Made by a program: the position numbers and the translations under genes. A stretch of DNA of 64,000 nucleotides from a virus: IMG/VR virus record IMGVR_UViG_3300020469_000010; one strand, written 5' to 3'. A model generated the notes under the pieces. That model saw nothing but the letters and a program-made list of their open reading frames with translations. It was not told the DNA's origin and searched no databases. Positions 9,385-19,941 of the stretch are shown one piece after another (position 1 is the first letter of the stretch; each line of letters opens with the position of its first letter).

Positions 9385-12300
9385 ATGCCTTTAATTGGTG
9401 CTCAAGGTCCTGGTTCCCAGATTGCCTTCAGAGGTAATCTGGATGAATATCCAGATCAGTTTCAATTCCCTTCTGTTGTAGAAGTTAATCCAGGAACTTC
9501 TGGAATATCTACAGAAGTAGTAATTACAGGTATTAACTATAAAGCTTTAGTTACTCTTGTAGGGTCTGCAGCATCAGTAAGTGTAACTCCGTATCAAGAA
9601 GCAACTGATAATTATGGATCAGAGGGTGATTTTCTACCCGGTAATGATCCTAATAATCCAATTATTATTAGAAACAAAGATAAATTAAAACTTAAAATTG
9701 ATACATTGCCTCCTACTGTAAAGGAAGATTATGGTAGGATTTATGCTGCAAATATTAAAATTGGAAAGAGACCAGAATCTGTATGGTCAATAACAACCAA
9801 ACTTGTAGATAATGATCCAGATCCATTTAGTTTTAATTCTCAAAGTGGGTTAGAAGTATCTGATTTTGTTGCTAGTAATAATGTACCAATTACTGGAATA
9901 GATGAGATAGTTGGAATTGATGTGTTCATGTTATCTCAAACTGGTGAGATAAGAATTAACGGAGGTTCTCCTGTAAGATCCGGAAAAATATTTAATGGAC
10001 AAGGTATAGATATTGTTGATACAACATCAGGTTTTTATACTAAAGATGTAGTAAATACGGTTCAAGTCGGTACTTTTGCAACAACATTTACGCACTCAAC
10101 TAGAGATGCTGATAAGACAATTGATCCATTTACATTATCAACCGTAGTTAATTCTGATGTTAGTGTATCACAAGATTCTACCACAATTACAATCAGTGGT
10201 GCAGATCCAAGTATAAACAATAATAATCCACTACCAATTTCAATTACATCTGGTGGTCAATATAAAGTAACCCGTGGTGGTACAATTGTAACACAGTTTA
10301 CCGATGTTGCTGGAACTGTTGAAAATGGAGATGTAATCACTGTTAGACAAACTTCTTCTACAGAGTTTTCTACAGAAGTAAGTACGACACTAACAGTTTC
10401 AAATCAATCTTCAACTTTTAGAATAACAACAAGACCAAGACCGATTGATACAATTCCAGATCAATTTGCTTTTAATAATATAATTGATCAAAAAAGAAAT
10501 GTAGTTGTAAGTAGTAATGAAGTAGTTCTTGCTGGTATGACAGCATTTGGTGATGAAGGAACTGCATCAATTTCTGGTACAAATGGTACAAATGCTGAGT
10601 TTAAAGTAATACGAAATGATGAAATAGTTAGAGATTATAGTTCTAGTTCTTCTCAAGTACAACTGGGAGATAAGATACAATTAAGAGTAACTACATCACC
10701 AAATTCATTAGGAGATGTCTCCGCAACATTTACAGTTGCTGGAACAAATACTTTCACTGTATTGAGTGGTGTTAATGGATCAACAACTTCAACATGGAGT
10801 GTAATATCCGCATTAAGAACTTGCTCAATTGATATATTCAGTCTCACAAATCAAGTTGGAGATTCTGGAGGATTGCAACCAGGAGAATTGGCAGAGACTT
10901 CATTTGTTTCTACTGGTTTTGATGAAGATTGTGGAATAACTGCTACAACTTCCAATCCAAACTCATATTTAAAAATTGGAAATCGTCAAGGAACATCTTT
11001 AGATAATGTTGCTATTGGTGATATCATAGAAGTGTATATGAGTACACCATATTTTGATCAAACAAGAACTACGACAGTTACTCTAACATCTTCTTTTGGA
11101 ACTTCTAGAAGTGCTGATTGGTCTATTGGACCAGTTAGTCCCCCATTACCAGAACTAGATTTAAATGCTGTTGATAGAAATGTTGCGTTTGTTTTCCCAA
11201 ATGGTGGTACAGCAATATTAAATTATGTTTATAATTTTGTAACTAATGCAACGGTTACAACTAATTTTGGAGTTATTTCAGTTCCTATTAATACATTATC
11301 AAGTGGAAGTAAATCTGGAAGTGCAACACGAATAAATCTTCCTGCTGGAACAACTAATTTCACGATGACTGTCAGTAACTCGACAGGTTCCACTTCTGAT
11401 AATGTTGATGTAATTGTTGGAGTTCCACCAAATCCAACAATCTCTTTATGTCCATCTGATACATCAACTTGTTCAAATACATCAAATAATAATAAAGGTG
11501 GAAGTATTAGATTATTCTGGAAAACTACAAATTGTGTTAGAACAGAATCTCCAGATTTTTCTACTGGAGGAAAACAAAATGGAAATATATTAATAGAAAA
11601 TTTGATAGAAGATGATAAAGTATTTACAATTACTGCTATTGGTGCAGGAAATCCAGCTCCAACAGCAACAGCAACTCATACAGCAAATCTAAGACCATTT
11701 GTAGATATAAGCACTGACAGAGATTCAATTATTCTTGGAGAAAGTGTAACACTTTCTTGGACATCAGAATTTGCTACAGAAGTTGCGAACTCCAGTGGAT
11801 TTAGTACAAGAGATTTAAGTGGAACTTTAAATGTAACACCTACAACCAGAGGTAATTTTACTTTTGGTATCACTGTAAGAGATACTGATGGGGTGCAAAC
11901 ATCAGATTCTACGAATATTAATGTTATTGAAGATATATCACCATTTTCGTTTAGACTAGATCCAGATAGTTTTGATAATTTAAATCGTGGTCAAAGGGTA
12001 GAAACTCAACCAGTATTTACTGAAGGAGATCCAAATTCTTTAGGTGGATTATCTCCGGGAGTATCTCTAGTAGCAACATTAACTGGGCAAGGAAATCCAA
12101 AATTCACTAAAAATAATTCTACAACTTTAAATGTTGAAAATGGTACACCTACAAATGATCTAAAATTCTTCTTTAATGCTTCTGATGACTTTAATGTTGA
12201 GCATATTGTATCATTAGCAATTGGAGATAAATCAGACTCAGTTTCTGCCAGCACTGATAAATGTATTGTTGAAAACTCAACAGAAACTCTTGACGGTATG

Positions 12301-13902
12301 GTTTGGAATATGCGAAGATTATTCCACTTCAATTCAAAAAATACAAGAATATTTAATGATCTTGCTTTCCTTGATATTAAAAGTGGTGGTCAAGATTTAA
12401 TTAAAAGATTTGGTGAGGCAACACCTGCATATCAAGAGTTTCCATGTGTTAATAACACACAAACAGATTATACTTGGACTGCGCCTTCTGGGATATCAGA
12501 AGTTATATTCCAAGCAATTGGTGGTGGAGGTGCTGGAAGTACAGGTAAAGTAAAATATACAAAAACAAGAGGTAAAGGGCGGCAAGATAATGTTAGACAA
12601 ACCAAGTTAATACCAGGAAGTGGAGGTGGAGGTGGAGGAGCAGCTCAACTAGAAACCACAACAGTTGCATCAGGAACAGAATTTTTCATTACTGTTGGTG
12701 CTGGGGGAAATGTAGATTCTTTTCCCACTGGTGGAAAAACAGAAATAAATCCTGGAAAAATTTCTGGAACTTCTGCAATTTTCATTAGTGTTATTGATGA
12801 AGCTTCATCCTTTAAAAAACAACAGACTGTAGATAACGCTTATGCTAATTTTCAGGCAGAATTTCCAGGGCAACCATTTTATATACTACAGCCAGGAAGA
12901 ACAGCAAATCAGATTACACTTCCATCTTCATGGAATAATGACAAATTATCATATGGTCCAATTCAAGTTGGAAGGCAGGATGGGAGAGGCATCGATGTGG
13001 TTACTGATTGGTTTGACTTACTTGATCTAAAGAAATTTGGTAGAGGAACTTTAATTTCTTTAAGTATTGATGATTCTGGAAGTATGAAAAGATCATCTGT
13101 TGAAGATTCAATTACACTTTTCTTTGAAAAAACTGCTGCAGCAGAATTTACAATTGTAGAAAGAAGTATGGCAACATCAGAAAATTGGATTGCAGGACAT
13201 ACAGGTAAAACACCAATAGATATCCCATTAGAACCATTTATTACTGCCTTCGGTGGAAAGGCAGGTTCGACAAGAGGTGGACAGGGTGGTATTTTTAGTG
13301 GATCACCTTCAGATGGATTAACTGGTGGAAACGGAGGTTCTGGTGTACAAGGAAGTTCAAACAAAACTGGACATGGAGGTGGATCGGGAATTCCTATAGG
13401 TGGTAAATGTGACGATGGATCCGATTGTGGAAATACAGGATTTGGAGGAGGTTCCGGTAAAGGTAGCACTATTTCTGGAGGAGAATGTAAGGGAGATAAT
13501 TGTATGAGTAGAACCAATAATGGAGGTGATGCTAATGGAGGTGGTTTCGGTGCTGGAGGTGGTGGAGGTCAATCTAAAAAATTAAGAAATGGTACTGTTG
13601 ATCTTGGTAGAGGAGGAAATGGTGGAAATGGTCATGCAAAAATTTTATGGAAATTTGATTTCCCAGACTATACCAAAGCTCAAGTTGTAGATACTATCAG
13701 AAGAACTCACTGGGACGACATCGGTAGAGCACCGACATTTGAAGAACTTAAAGTATACTATAATCTGTTTAAAGATAGACCAGATCTAACTGGACAGAGT
13801 TTAGGTGAGTTTGAAATTTATATGAAAGGTAAAATTGCTGATATTAAAAATACAAGATCAGAAGATAATTGTGGAAATGTTTTTCCTCTCATAGATTTCT
13901 AA
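9385..13902 (+). CDS. tail-fibre/adhesin-like protein: Ig-like repeats, glycine-rich domain, vWA-like insert
   Basis: Repeated (P)D.F.F..Thr-rich modules; GGGG tracts; DDSGSM motif. Confidence 0.7.
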   Translation: MPLIGAQGPGSQIAFRGNLDEYPDQFQFPSVVEVNPGTSGISTEVVITGINYKALVTLVGSAASVSVTPYQEATDNYGSEGDFLPGNDPNNPIIIRNKDKLKLKIDTLPPTVKEDYGRIYAANIKIGKRPESVWSITTKLVDNDPDPFSFNSQSGLEVSDFVASNNVPITGIDEIVGIDVFMLSQTGEIRINGGSPVRSGKIFNGQGIDIVDTTSGFYTKDVVNTVQVGTFATTFTHSTRDADKTIDPFTLSTVVNSDVSVSQDSTTITISGADPSINNNNPLPISITSGGQYKVTRGGTIVTQFTDVAGTVENGDVITVRQTSSTEFSTEVSTTLTVSNQSSTFRITTRPRPIDTIPDQFAFNNIIDQKRNVVVSSNEVVLAGMTAFGDEGTASISGTNGTNAEFKVIRNDEIVRDYSSSSSQVQLGDKIQLRVTTSPNSLGDVSATFTVAGTNTFTVLSGVNGSTTSTWSVISALRTCSIDIFSLTNQVGDSGGLQPGELAETSFVSTGFDEDCGITATTSNPNSYLKIGNRQGTSLDNVAIGDIIEVYMSTPYFDQTRTTTVTLTSSFGTSRSADWSIGPVSPPLPELDLNAVDRNVAFVFPNGGTAILNYVYNFVTNATVTTNFGVISVPINTLSSGSKSGSATRINLPAGTTNFTMTVSNSTGSTSDNVDVIVGVPPNPTISLCPSDTSTCSNTSNNNKGGSIRLFWKTTNCVRTESPDFSTGGKQNGNILIENLIEDDKVFTITAIGAGNPAPTATATHTANLRPFVDISTDRDSIILGESVTLSWTSEFATEVANSSGFSTRDLSGTLNVTPTTRGNFTFGITVRDTDGVQTSDSTNINVIEDISPFSFRLDPDSFDNLNRGQRVETQPVFTEGDPNSLGGLSPGVSLVATLTGQGNPKFTKNNSTTLNVENGTPTNDLKFFFNASDDFNVEHIVSLAIGDKSDSVSASTDKCIVENSTETLDGMVWNMRRLFHFNSKNTRIFNDLAFLDIKSGGQDLIKRFGEATPAYQEFPCVNNTQTDYTWTAPSGISEVIFQAIGGGGAGSTGKVKYTKTRGKGRQDNVRQTKLIPGSGGGGGGAAQLETTTVASGTEFFITVGAGGNVDSFPTGGKTEINPGKISGTSAIFISVIDEASSFKKQQTVDNAYANFQAEFPGQPFYILQPGRTANQITLPSSWNNDKLSYGPIQVGRQDGRGIDVVTDWFDLLDLKKFGRGTLISLSIDDSGSMKRSSVEDSITLFFEKTAAAEFTIVERSMATSENWIAGHTGKTPIDIPLEPFITAFGGKAGSTRGGQGGIFSGSPSDGLTGGNGGSGVQGSSNKTGHGGGSGIPIGGKCDDGSDCGNTGFGGGSGKGSTISGGECKGDNCMSRTNNGGDANGGGFGAGGGGGQSKKLRNGTVDLGRGGNGGNGHAKILWKFDFPDYTKAQVVDTIRRTHWDDIGRAPTFEELKVYYNLFKDRPDLTGQSLGEFEIYMKGKIADIKNTRSEDNCGNVFPLIDF

Positions 13903-13923
13903 TAGATGCCAATATGTTTCTAA

Positions 13924-13931
13924 TATAAATA
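13924..13931 (+). promoter_or_regulatory. T4-type late promoter
   Basis: TATAAATA in the intergenic gap upstream of a fibre gene. Confidence 0.75.
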
Positions 13932-13971
13932 TTAGAAAATATCGAGGGGATAGTGAACCTCAGGAGATCTA

Positions 13972-16272
13972 ATGGGAATTAATAAGAATTTCGTTGTTCG
14001 TAATGGATTAGAAGTTGCAACTGATCTGATTTATGCAAATGATTTTCAAAATAAAGTAGGAATCAATACTGCTTTTCCTGAATATGGTCTAGATGTTCAA
14101 GATGATATAAAAATTGAAGGGAGAATCGTATCTTCTGGAGAAACTGGTGGTGTAGTTGGACAATATTTAAAATCTACAGGTCAAGGATGGGAATGGGAAT
14201 CTTTTCCTATCAGCAGAAATACAGTTAGATATACTTTAACAGCTGGACAATTAAGAGTTCCTGAAACTGGAACTTTTCCAGACTTTACATTAACAGAACA
14301 AGATTTAACAAGTGTTTACTTAGATGGTGTTAAATTAACTGTTGGAGATTATTCCATCGATGTTGGTGGTGGTTCAATTGCATTATTTGCTGCTGCATTT
14401 GGTCAAGAAGAAATTGAAGTTATTGCTCATGGTGCTGCTGGTATTGGTGCAGGAACAACTGGTATTTTAGGTGTTACTGCAAGAAAAGCAGGTATTGATA
14501 GTGGATCAACAGGACAGGTAAGAATTTTTGATTTCGTTGGTCTTGGTGTAACACTAGATGGACGAGCAGGTATTTGTACAGTACATATAGATTCTGGTGG
14601 TCTAAGTGATGTTTTAAGTGATCCATCACCACAACTTGGTGGAAATTTAGATTTAAATTCCAGTGATATTACAGGAACTGGTGATGTAAATATTACTGGT
14701 TTTGTTACTGCAACAGGTTTCTATGGTAGTGGTTCTAATATCACTGGCATCTCTACACTCAACATTACAGGATATGGTGTTGGATTAGGTCAAGATGATT
14801 CTGGTCAGGATGGATTATTTGGTGAAGTAAATGATGATTCTGCTGTTGGTATTTTCACCGACAGTGCTGCTGTTGGTCTAGGCACAACAAATCCACGATT
14901 CCAAACAGAAATTGGATATGTTGGTGCTGCTGGAACACAACTATGGGTCAATGGTAACGCAAGAGTTACTGGTATTCTAACTGTTGGTGATTCAAGTATT
15001 ATAATTGATGGTGTCAATGATCAGATCAGAATCGGTGCTGGTTTTACACTATCTGCAGATACTGTTGCTCAAACTGCAAACTTACAATTATCTGGTATTA
15101 TTACTGCAACCGGATTTGATGGTGATCTAACTGGTCAACATAAAGTCTTTACCGCAGGTGTATCTAACAGTGATGATTATGATATTGCATTATTCCTTGA
15201 TCCTACTCAAGGTGGTCATTCATTTAACAGATTTGATTTAGGTCATAAGTTACAATTTAATCCCAATAATGGTCAATTCTCGGTTGCTGGAGTTACTAGC
15301 ACCAGAGGATTACAAGTAACAGGTGTCTCAACATTTACCAGTGGTGTAACTCTACAAGGTAATGCTCAGTTTGGAGATAGTATCTCAGCAGTCTTTGGTT
15401 CTGGAAATGATCTACATATTTATTCTGATGGATCAAATAGTTACATTGAAGATCAAGGTAATGGTGGAATAAACATTGATGCAAATCCATCTATCACGCT
15501 TGGACAGTATGGAACTACCGCAGAAATGGCATCCTTTAGAGTAGGTGCTGGTGTAAGTCTCTTCTATAATAACTCTAAGAAGTTTGAAACTACTGCTATA
15601 GGCATTGATGTAACTGGTAAAGTAACAGCAGATGACCATATACAATCAGTTACTGGTAATCAGACAGCAACTATAACAGGTAGTGATGATATCAAAAATG
15701 ATCCAGAATTAATTTTATATACAAATAATACATCTGAATTCAGAGGTTCAAGAGTTGAACTTCTAAATTCATCCAATGGAACTCAGTTATCACACTTAAA
15801 TAATAGTATAGCAAGTGGTAGTGGACAATATTTTGCCATAGAAAAAACCACTAATGATGGCACTTTCGTGCAACAGATGGCAATCTACTCTTATCGCAAT
15901 GATGAGTGGGTATTTAAGACAGGTTCTAATGAAGTTGAAAGCCTTACTATTAATAATGGACAGGTTGGTATTGGAACAACAGTTATTACTGATACTCTAA
16001 CAGTTGATGGTAATGTAAGGTCTACTAATGTTACAGTTAGTGCGGATATAACAATCGGAGGTAAAGTTCAATCAGATGTTATTGTTGGTAGCGGATATTC
16101 AGTAGGTATTGGAAGTACACAACCACAGAAAGCATTAGATGTTAGTGGTGAAATTTTAGTAACCGGTGGTATTAGTACTAATGGAACTAGTACAGCAGTT
16201 TCTTTAAATGTTGTTGGAAATGATTTAGTTATTACTGTAGGATCTTTATCAACATCGTTTTCTTTAGGATAA
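13972..16272 (+). CDS. tail fibre protein
   Basis: KNFVVRNGLEV N-terminus; VGIGT repeats; DPSPQLGGNLDLN; FGSGNDLHIY..NSYI; LFYNNSKKFETT. Confidence 0.8.
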   Translation: MGINKNFVVRNGLEVATDLIYANDFQNKVGINTAFPEYGLDVQDDIKIEGRIVSSGETGGVVGQYLKSTGQGWEWESFPISRNTVRYTLTAGQLRVPETGTFPDFTLTEQDLTSVYLDGVKLTVGDYSIDVGGGSIALFAAAFGQEEIEVIAHGAAGIGAGTTGILGVTARKAGIDSGSTGQVRIFDFVGLGVTLDGRAGICTVHIDSGGLSDVLSDPSPQLGGNLDLNSSDITGTGDVNITGFVTATGFYGSGSNITGISTLNITGYGVGLGQDDSGQDGLFGEVNDDSAVGIFTDSAAVGLGTTNPRFQTEIGYVGAAGTQLWVNGNARVTGILTVGDSSIIIDGVNDQIRIGAGFTLSADTVAQTANLQLSGIITATGFDGDLTGQHKVFTAGVSNSDDYDIALFLDPTQGGHSFNRFDLGHKLQFNPNNGQFSVAGVTSTRGLQVTGVSTFTSGVTLQGNAQFGDSISAVFGSGNDLHIYSDGSNSYIEDQGNGGINIDANPSITLGQYGTTAEMASFRVGAGVSLFYNNSKKFETTAIGIDVTGKVTADDHIQSVTGNQTATITGSDDIKNDPELILYTNNTSEFRGSRVELLNSSNGTQLSHLNNSIASGSGQYFAIEKTTNDGTFVQQMAIYSYRNDEWVFKTGSNEVESLTINNGQVGIGTTVITDTLTVDGNVRSTNVTVSADITIGGKVQSDVIVGSGYSVGIGSTQPQKALDVSGEILVTGGISTNGTSTAVSLNVVGNDLVITVGSLSTSFSLG

Positions 16273-16329
16273 ATAGGAGATCGCCAGTCACTAAATACTC
16301 TTAAGAGACCCACCTAGCTAGAGAAATAG

Positions 16330-19300
16330 ATGACTAGAAATAGTAGAGAACTATCTCAATTTGCGTCTTTTATTGATGTTAGAGATGCCAACCAAAATAT
16401 CGGGATTATTACATCAATAGTCATCGAACCTGGTGGCATTGGAATTGGAAGCACAGTTGCAGATTATCGTGCAGAAGTTGCAGCAAGAGGTGCTGTAGAT
16501 CCTCTAATCAACTTCAATGAAAGTTACTTATTAGATAAAGTTTATATTGAAGCAGATATAAATGTTGACGGTGGTCAGACAGCAGCAATAACATCTGCTG
16601 GATCAACATTTAATCACCTTAATGTAGCAGGATTAACAACGACACAGAATTTAACAGTTACAGGTATCTCTACACTTGGTGGTGATACTGGAATTGGAAC
16701 GTTATATGTTGGATCATTAAATACTGAAATCGGTGATAGCGCTGCATTAGGTAAGTCAGATACTCCATATCCAGGAACAAACTATAATTATCTTGGTGTT
16801 GGTGGTGGTAACTTTTCACCAGATAATGAATTTGCCCGTGCTGCTGTCATCATCAGTCAAGATGAAGGTGGTGATTTAAATAGAGACGATTATATTGCAT
16901 TACAAGTTTTTGGAAGAACACAATTTAATGGACGATCTCCAGATGATAATGCTGGTTTAGGAACTGCATTTGTAGTTGTTCCGGAATCATTTTTCCATAA
17001 TAAAATTACTTCTGCTCAAGGCATTGATATAACTAACCTTGACAATGGTTCAGGAAATAAATCCGATGGAAATCTTAAAGTATTCAATAGTGCACGTGAA
17101 AGAAATTTCTATAGAGATGACACATTTAGCGAAAAAGATCCAGCGGTTTACACCAGTGGTGGTATTTTAGTTGATAAATTTGGTGAAGTTGGACTTGGTT
17201 TCTCTGTTGGTGAAAGACTACAAGTTGGTTTTGGATTAACAAGAGATACCAATATTGTAAGTGGTTTTGACCCACTCGTCATGAGTGATGTTGTTCATGA
17301 TATAAGAGGAGACATATCTATTGGTGGTGATGAAATAATACTTGGTTTTACATCAACTAACCATCTTTATGATGGTGTCAATGATGCTCAAGTTAGATTT
17401 GTAAATTCCAGAGTTGCATCTAATATTTTACCACTGTTAGATAATAATAATTCTATAGGTGATGCTGCCGGTAGTCCATGGCCAAAGATCTTCGCAGCTG
17501 ATCTTGTTGATGTTGGTATATCAAATAGCATAACTGCTGGTGGTAGTGCTGCTAGAGGTCTAATACTGGCAAAAGATTTAATAATATCTGGAGTAACAAC
17601 AAGTTCAAGAGCATTTATTCCAGGTATAGGTTTAACTGGTGCAGATGCTACTGAAGCTCTCGATTTTGAAGTTCAGGTTGGTGCAACTAAGGTAAGAAAT
17701 TTCTCAGCAAATGGACATAATAAATTAGTTGGTTTCACCACAATTTTTGGAGAATTAAATGTTATAACAAGCAGTGGTGCTCCATTTAATGGATATGCAG
17801 CAACTGCTTTCCATGCAAATCAGATAGATGTTACTAGGCAGGACGCAAATAATAGTGCTAATCCTGAATATTTCTTCCCAGCAATGGTGAATTCCAGTCA
17901 AACTCAGACTGCTGCTGGTGCATTGTTATTTGTAAATCCTGGTTTTTATCTAGATGCTTTTGGATCAAGTCTCTACATTCAAAATGACTTAAATGTTCTT
18001 GGAACTGCTATCAATGCAGATCCATTTAGTGGAGAAACTGAAATAAGATTTGATGTACTAAATTATCGAGTAGATCAGTTACAACTTGCTGGTGAAGCAA
18101 GTCAAATCACCATGGGGCAGGCAGGTGCCACTGGTGTTACGACTATTTTTACTCGTAGAACAGATATATCAGAACTTAGACTTTTCCAAAATAATATTGA
18201 ATCAAGTGTTGGAAGTACATGTATCACATTAGATAATCTTGATACCATATTCACTGGTAGCGTTACTATTGGTGGAACGCAAATTGCTGCTACTAGTAAT
18301 CAATTTGAGATTGCATCTGATCCGAATTCTGGTAAATTATTTACTGGTGCGGCTGATATTCTAATTGGTCCTGATGGACAGACAACATCTGGAGTTACAA
18401 CTATAAGATCTACTATTACTGAAGTTGAAAAACTACAACTCAATGCAAATCAAATTAGATCAAGTGATGCTGAACCTGTTATTGAGGTTGGTGTAGGTGC
18501 AACTTTTGTTCAAACTAGTGGTGATTTAATAATAACCGGTATACACATAAACACTGGTTTTGGTGAAACTCAAATAACATTAGATAAACAGGTTGGTAGG
18601 ATTGAATTTTATAATGACATCATGGTTAATAGTAATAAAATACTATCCAGTGATGGAAATATAAACATTCAAATGTTTGATAACCAGGAACTTACAAGTT
18701 TCACTGGTGCAATTAGAGTTGAAGGTGATACTATTCAAGCAGGAAGTGGTAATACAAACATCACAATGCAGAGCAACCAGCTAACAAGATTTGCTGGTGC
18801 AATACAAGTTGATGGTAATCAAATTCGTTCTAGTGATGGACAAACAAATATTGAAATTAATAGTGATTTCTTAACAGAATTTAAAGGTGATATTCGTGTT
18901 GGTGGTGCTGGATCAATTCAAGCAGGTGATGGAGTTAATTGTATAACTCTTGAAGTTGGAACAGGTAATGTTGCAATTTCAAGTGATTTAACTGCTAACA
19001 GTGCGTTCTTTAATGGATTAGAAGCAAGATTAAATGTTCAAGATGTTGACATCAGAGATAACCTCTTGAGAATTGGTATGATTGAAGATCCTACAACAGA
19101 AGGATCACTAATTCCACCAAATGTATCGACAGGAAATACTGGTGATGTTGGTATCTTGATGGCAAGATATGATGTTGGTCTTTCAACTCATAAATATGCC
19201 GGTATTTTCTTTGATGATTCTAATGGAAGAATTGCAATTCGCACTGATGTAGAGGATGATCAGACTGGTACTGGAAGAAATCGTATACTCCAACTAAATG

Positions 19301-19443
19301 GATTACCCTCAGAATTAGAAATTAAAAACTTACTTTTAACTCTAAATAATACAATCGGAGTTAAAACATTGTTTGAACCTAGTGCAACTGACGATACTGT
19401 TCTTGTTCTGGGTAATGTGGAAATAGATGGGGGCACTTATTGA
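16330..19443 (+). CDS. tail fibre-like structural protein with ~30-aa beta repeats
   Basis: QIRSSDGQTNI..F.G.I.V.G repeats; ends IDGGTY; late-promoter-like motifs at 16268 and 16290. Confidence 0.75.
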   Translation: MTRNSRELSQFASFIDVRDANQNIGIITSIVIEPGGIGIGSTVADYRAEVAARGAVDPLINFNESYLLDKVYIEADINVDGGQTAAITSAGSTFNHLNVAGLTTTQNLTVTGISTLGGDTGIGTLYVGSLNTEIGDSAALGKSDTPYPGTNYNYLGVGGGNFSPDNEFARAAVIISQDEGGDLNRDDYIALQVFGRTQFNGRSPDDNAGLGTAFVVVPESFFHNKITSAQGIDITNLDNGSGNKSDGNLKVFNSARERNFYRDDTFSEKDPAVYTSGGILVDKFGEVGLGFSVGERLQVGFGLTRDTNIVSGFDPLVMSDVVHDIRGDISIGGDEIILGFTSTNHLYDGVNDAQVRFVNSRVASNILPLLDNNNSIGDAAGSPWPKIFAADLVDVGISNSITAGGSAARGLILAKDLIISGVTTSSRAFIPGIGLTGADATEALDFEVQVGATKVRNFSANGHNKLVGFTTIFGELNVITSSGAPFNGYAATAFHANQIDVTRQDANNSANPEYFFPAMVNSSQTQTAAGALLFVNPGFYLDAFGSSLYIQNDLNVLGTAINADPFSGETEIRFDVLNYRVDQLQLAGEASQITMGQAGATGVTTIFTRRTDISELRLFQNNIESSVGSTCITLDNLDTIFTGSVTIGGTQIAATSNQFEIASDPNSGKLFTGAADILIGPDGQTTSGVTTIRSTITEVEKLQLNANQIRSSDAEPVIEVGVGATFVQTSGDLIITGIHINTGFGETQITLDKQVGRIEFYNDIMVNSNKILSSDGNINIQMFDNQELTSFTGAIRVEGDTIQAGSGNTNITMQSNQLTRFAGAIQVDGNQIRSSDGQTNIEINSDFLTEFKGDIRVGGAGSIQAGDGVNCITLEVGTGNVAISSDLTANSAFFNGLEARLNVQDVDIRDNLLRIGMIEDPTTEGSLIPPNVSTGNTGDVGILMARYDVGLSTHKYAGIFFDDSNGRIAIRTDVEDDQTGTGRNRILQLNGLPSELEIKNLLLTLNNTIGVKTLFEPSATDDTVLVLGNVEIDGGTY

Positions 19444-19453
19444 AGTGTCCACT
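19431..19453 (+). repeat. early-cassette repeat, palindrome only (copy 1)
   Basis: GGGCACTT-ATTG-AAGTGTCC(ACT); contains the stop codon of the upstream gene. Confidence 0.55.
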
Positions 19454-19616
19454 GAAACAACCACTGAGACGATTACCCTATAAACTAGAGGTAATCAAAT
19501 TATATCATGAAATTTCTATTTGTCATCTCAGGAATATGGTTTTTACATTGGTTATGTGTAATTCCATACAAAATTATTGAATTGTTTCAACCTTCTCAAT
19601 TAATTCCTTTTGGGGC

Positions 19617-19645
19617 TTGACAAAAATAACAAATTTAATTATGAT
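19617..19645 (+). promoter_or_regulatory. sigma70-type promoter for the nblA-like ORF
   Basis: TTGACA-17-TATGAT. Confidence 0.7.
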
Positions 19646-19690
19646 AACTCTGCTAGGGTTGAAGGGTAAATAAGCTTTAAGGAGACTTTT

Positions 19691-19861
19691 ATGGAACCAT
19701 CAGAAATAACATTAACATCACCATCAAAATCTTTTGAATATGAAAAATTATCAAGAGAAATTGATAATGTCAATGATGTTAAAGAATTAAAAAATATGCT
19801 TAAGTCATATGTAAAATTATATTTTAAACAACAGGAAACTATTAAAATGATTGGTCTTTAG
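19691..19861 (+). CDS. nblA: NblA-like phycobilisome degradation adaptor (56 aa, not in the ORF track)
   Basis: MEPSEITLTSPSKSFEYEKLSREIDNVNDVKELKNMLKSYVKLYFKQQETIKMIGL; AAGGAG RBS; size and two-helix pattern resemble NblA. Confidence 0.6.
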   Translation: MEPSEITLTSPSKSFEYEKLSREIDNVNDVKELKNMLKSYVKLYFKQQETIKMIGL

Positions 19862-19862
19862 A

Positions 19863-19941
19863 ACCAATTTAAAAACTGTCACAGGCATCTTGACTTTCGG
19901 GTTGAGATGCCTTATATTATGTTCATTGACAGGGACAGCAC
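19863..19941 (+). promoter_or_regulatory. early-cassette repeat variant (copy 2) with a hairpin-forming promoter
   Basis: ACCAATTTAAAAACTGTCAC followed by TTGACT-17-TATATT. Confidence 0.6.

Noticed and set aside
12963-13572. Pro/Ser-rich minus-strand ORFs
   Set aside because: Antisense shadows of GGN-rich glycine codons; the same applies to the other minus-strand track ORFs inside long + genes
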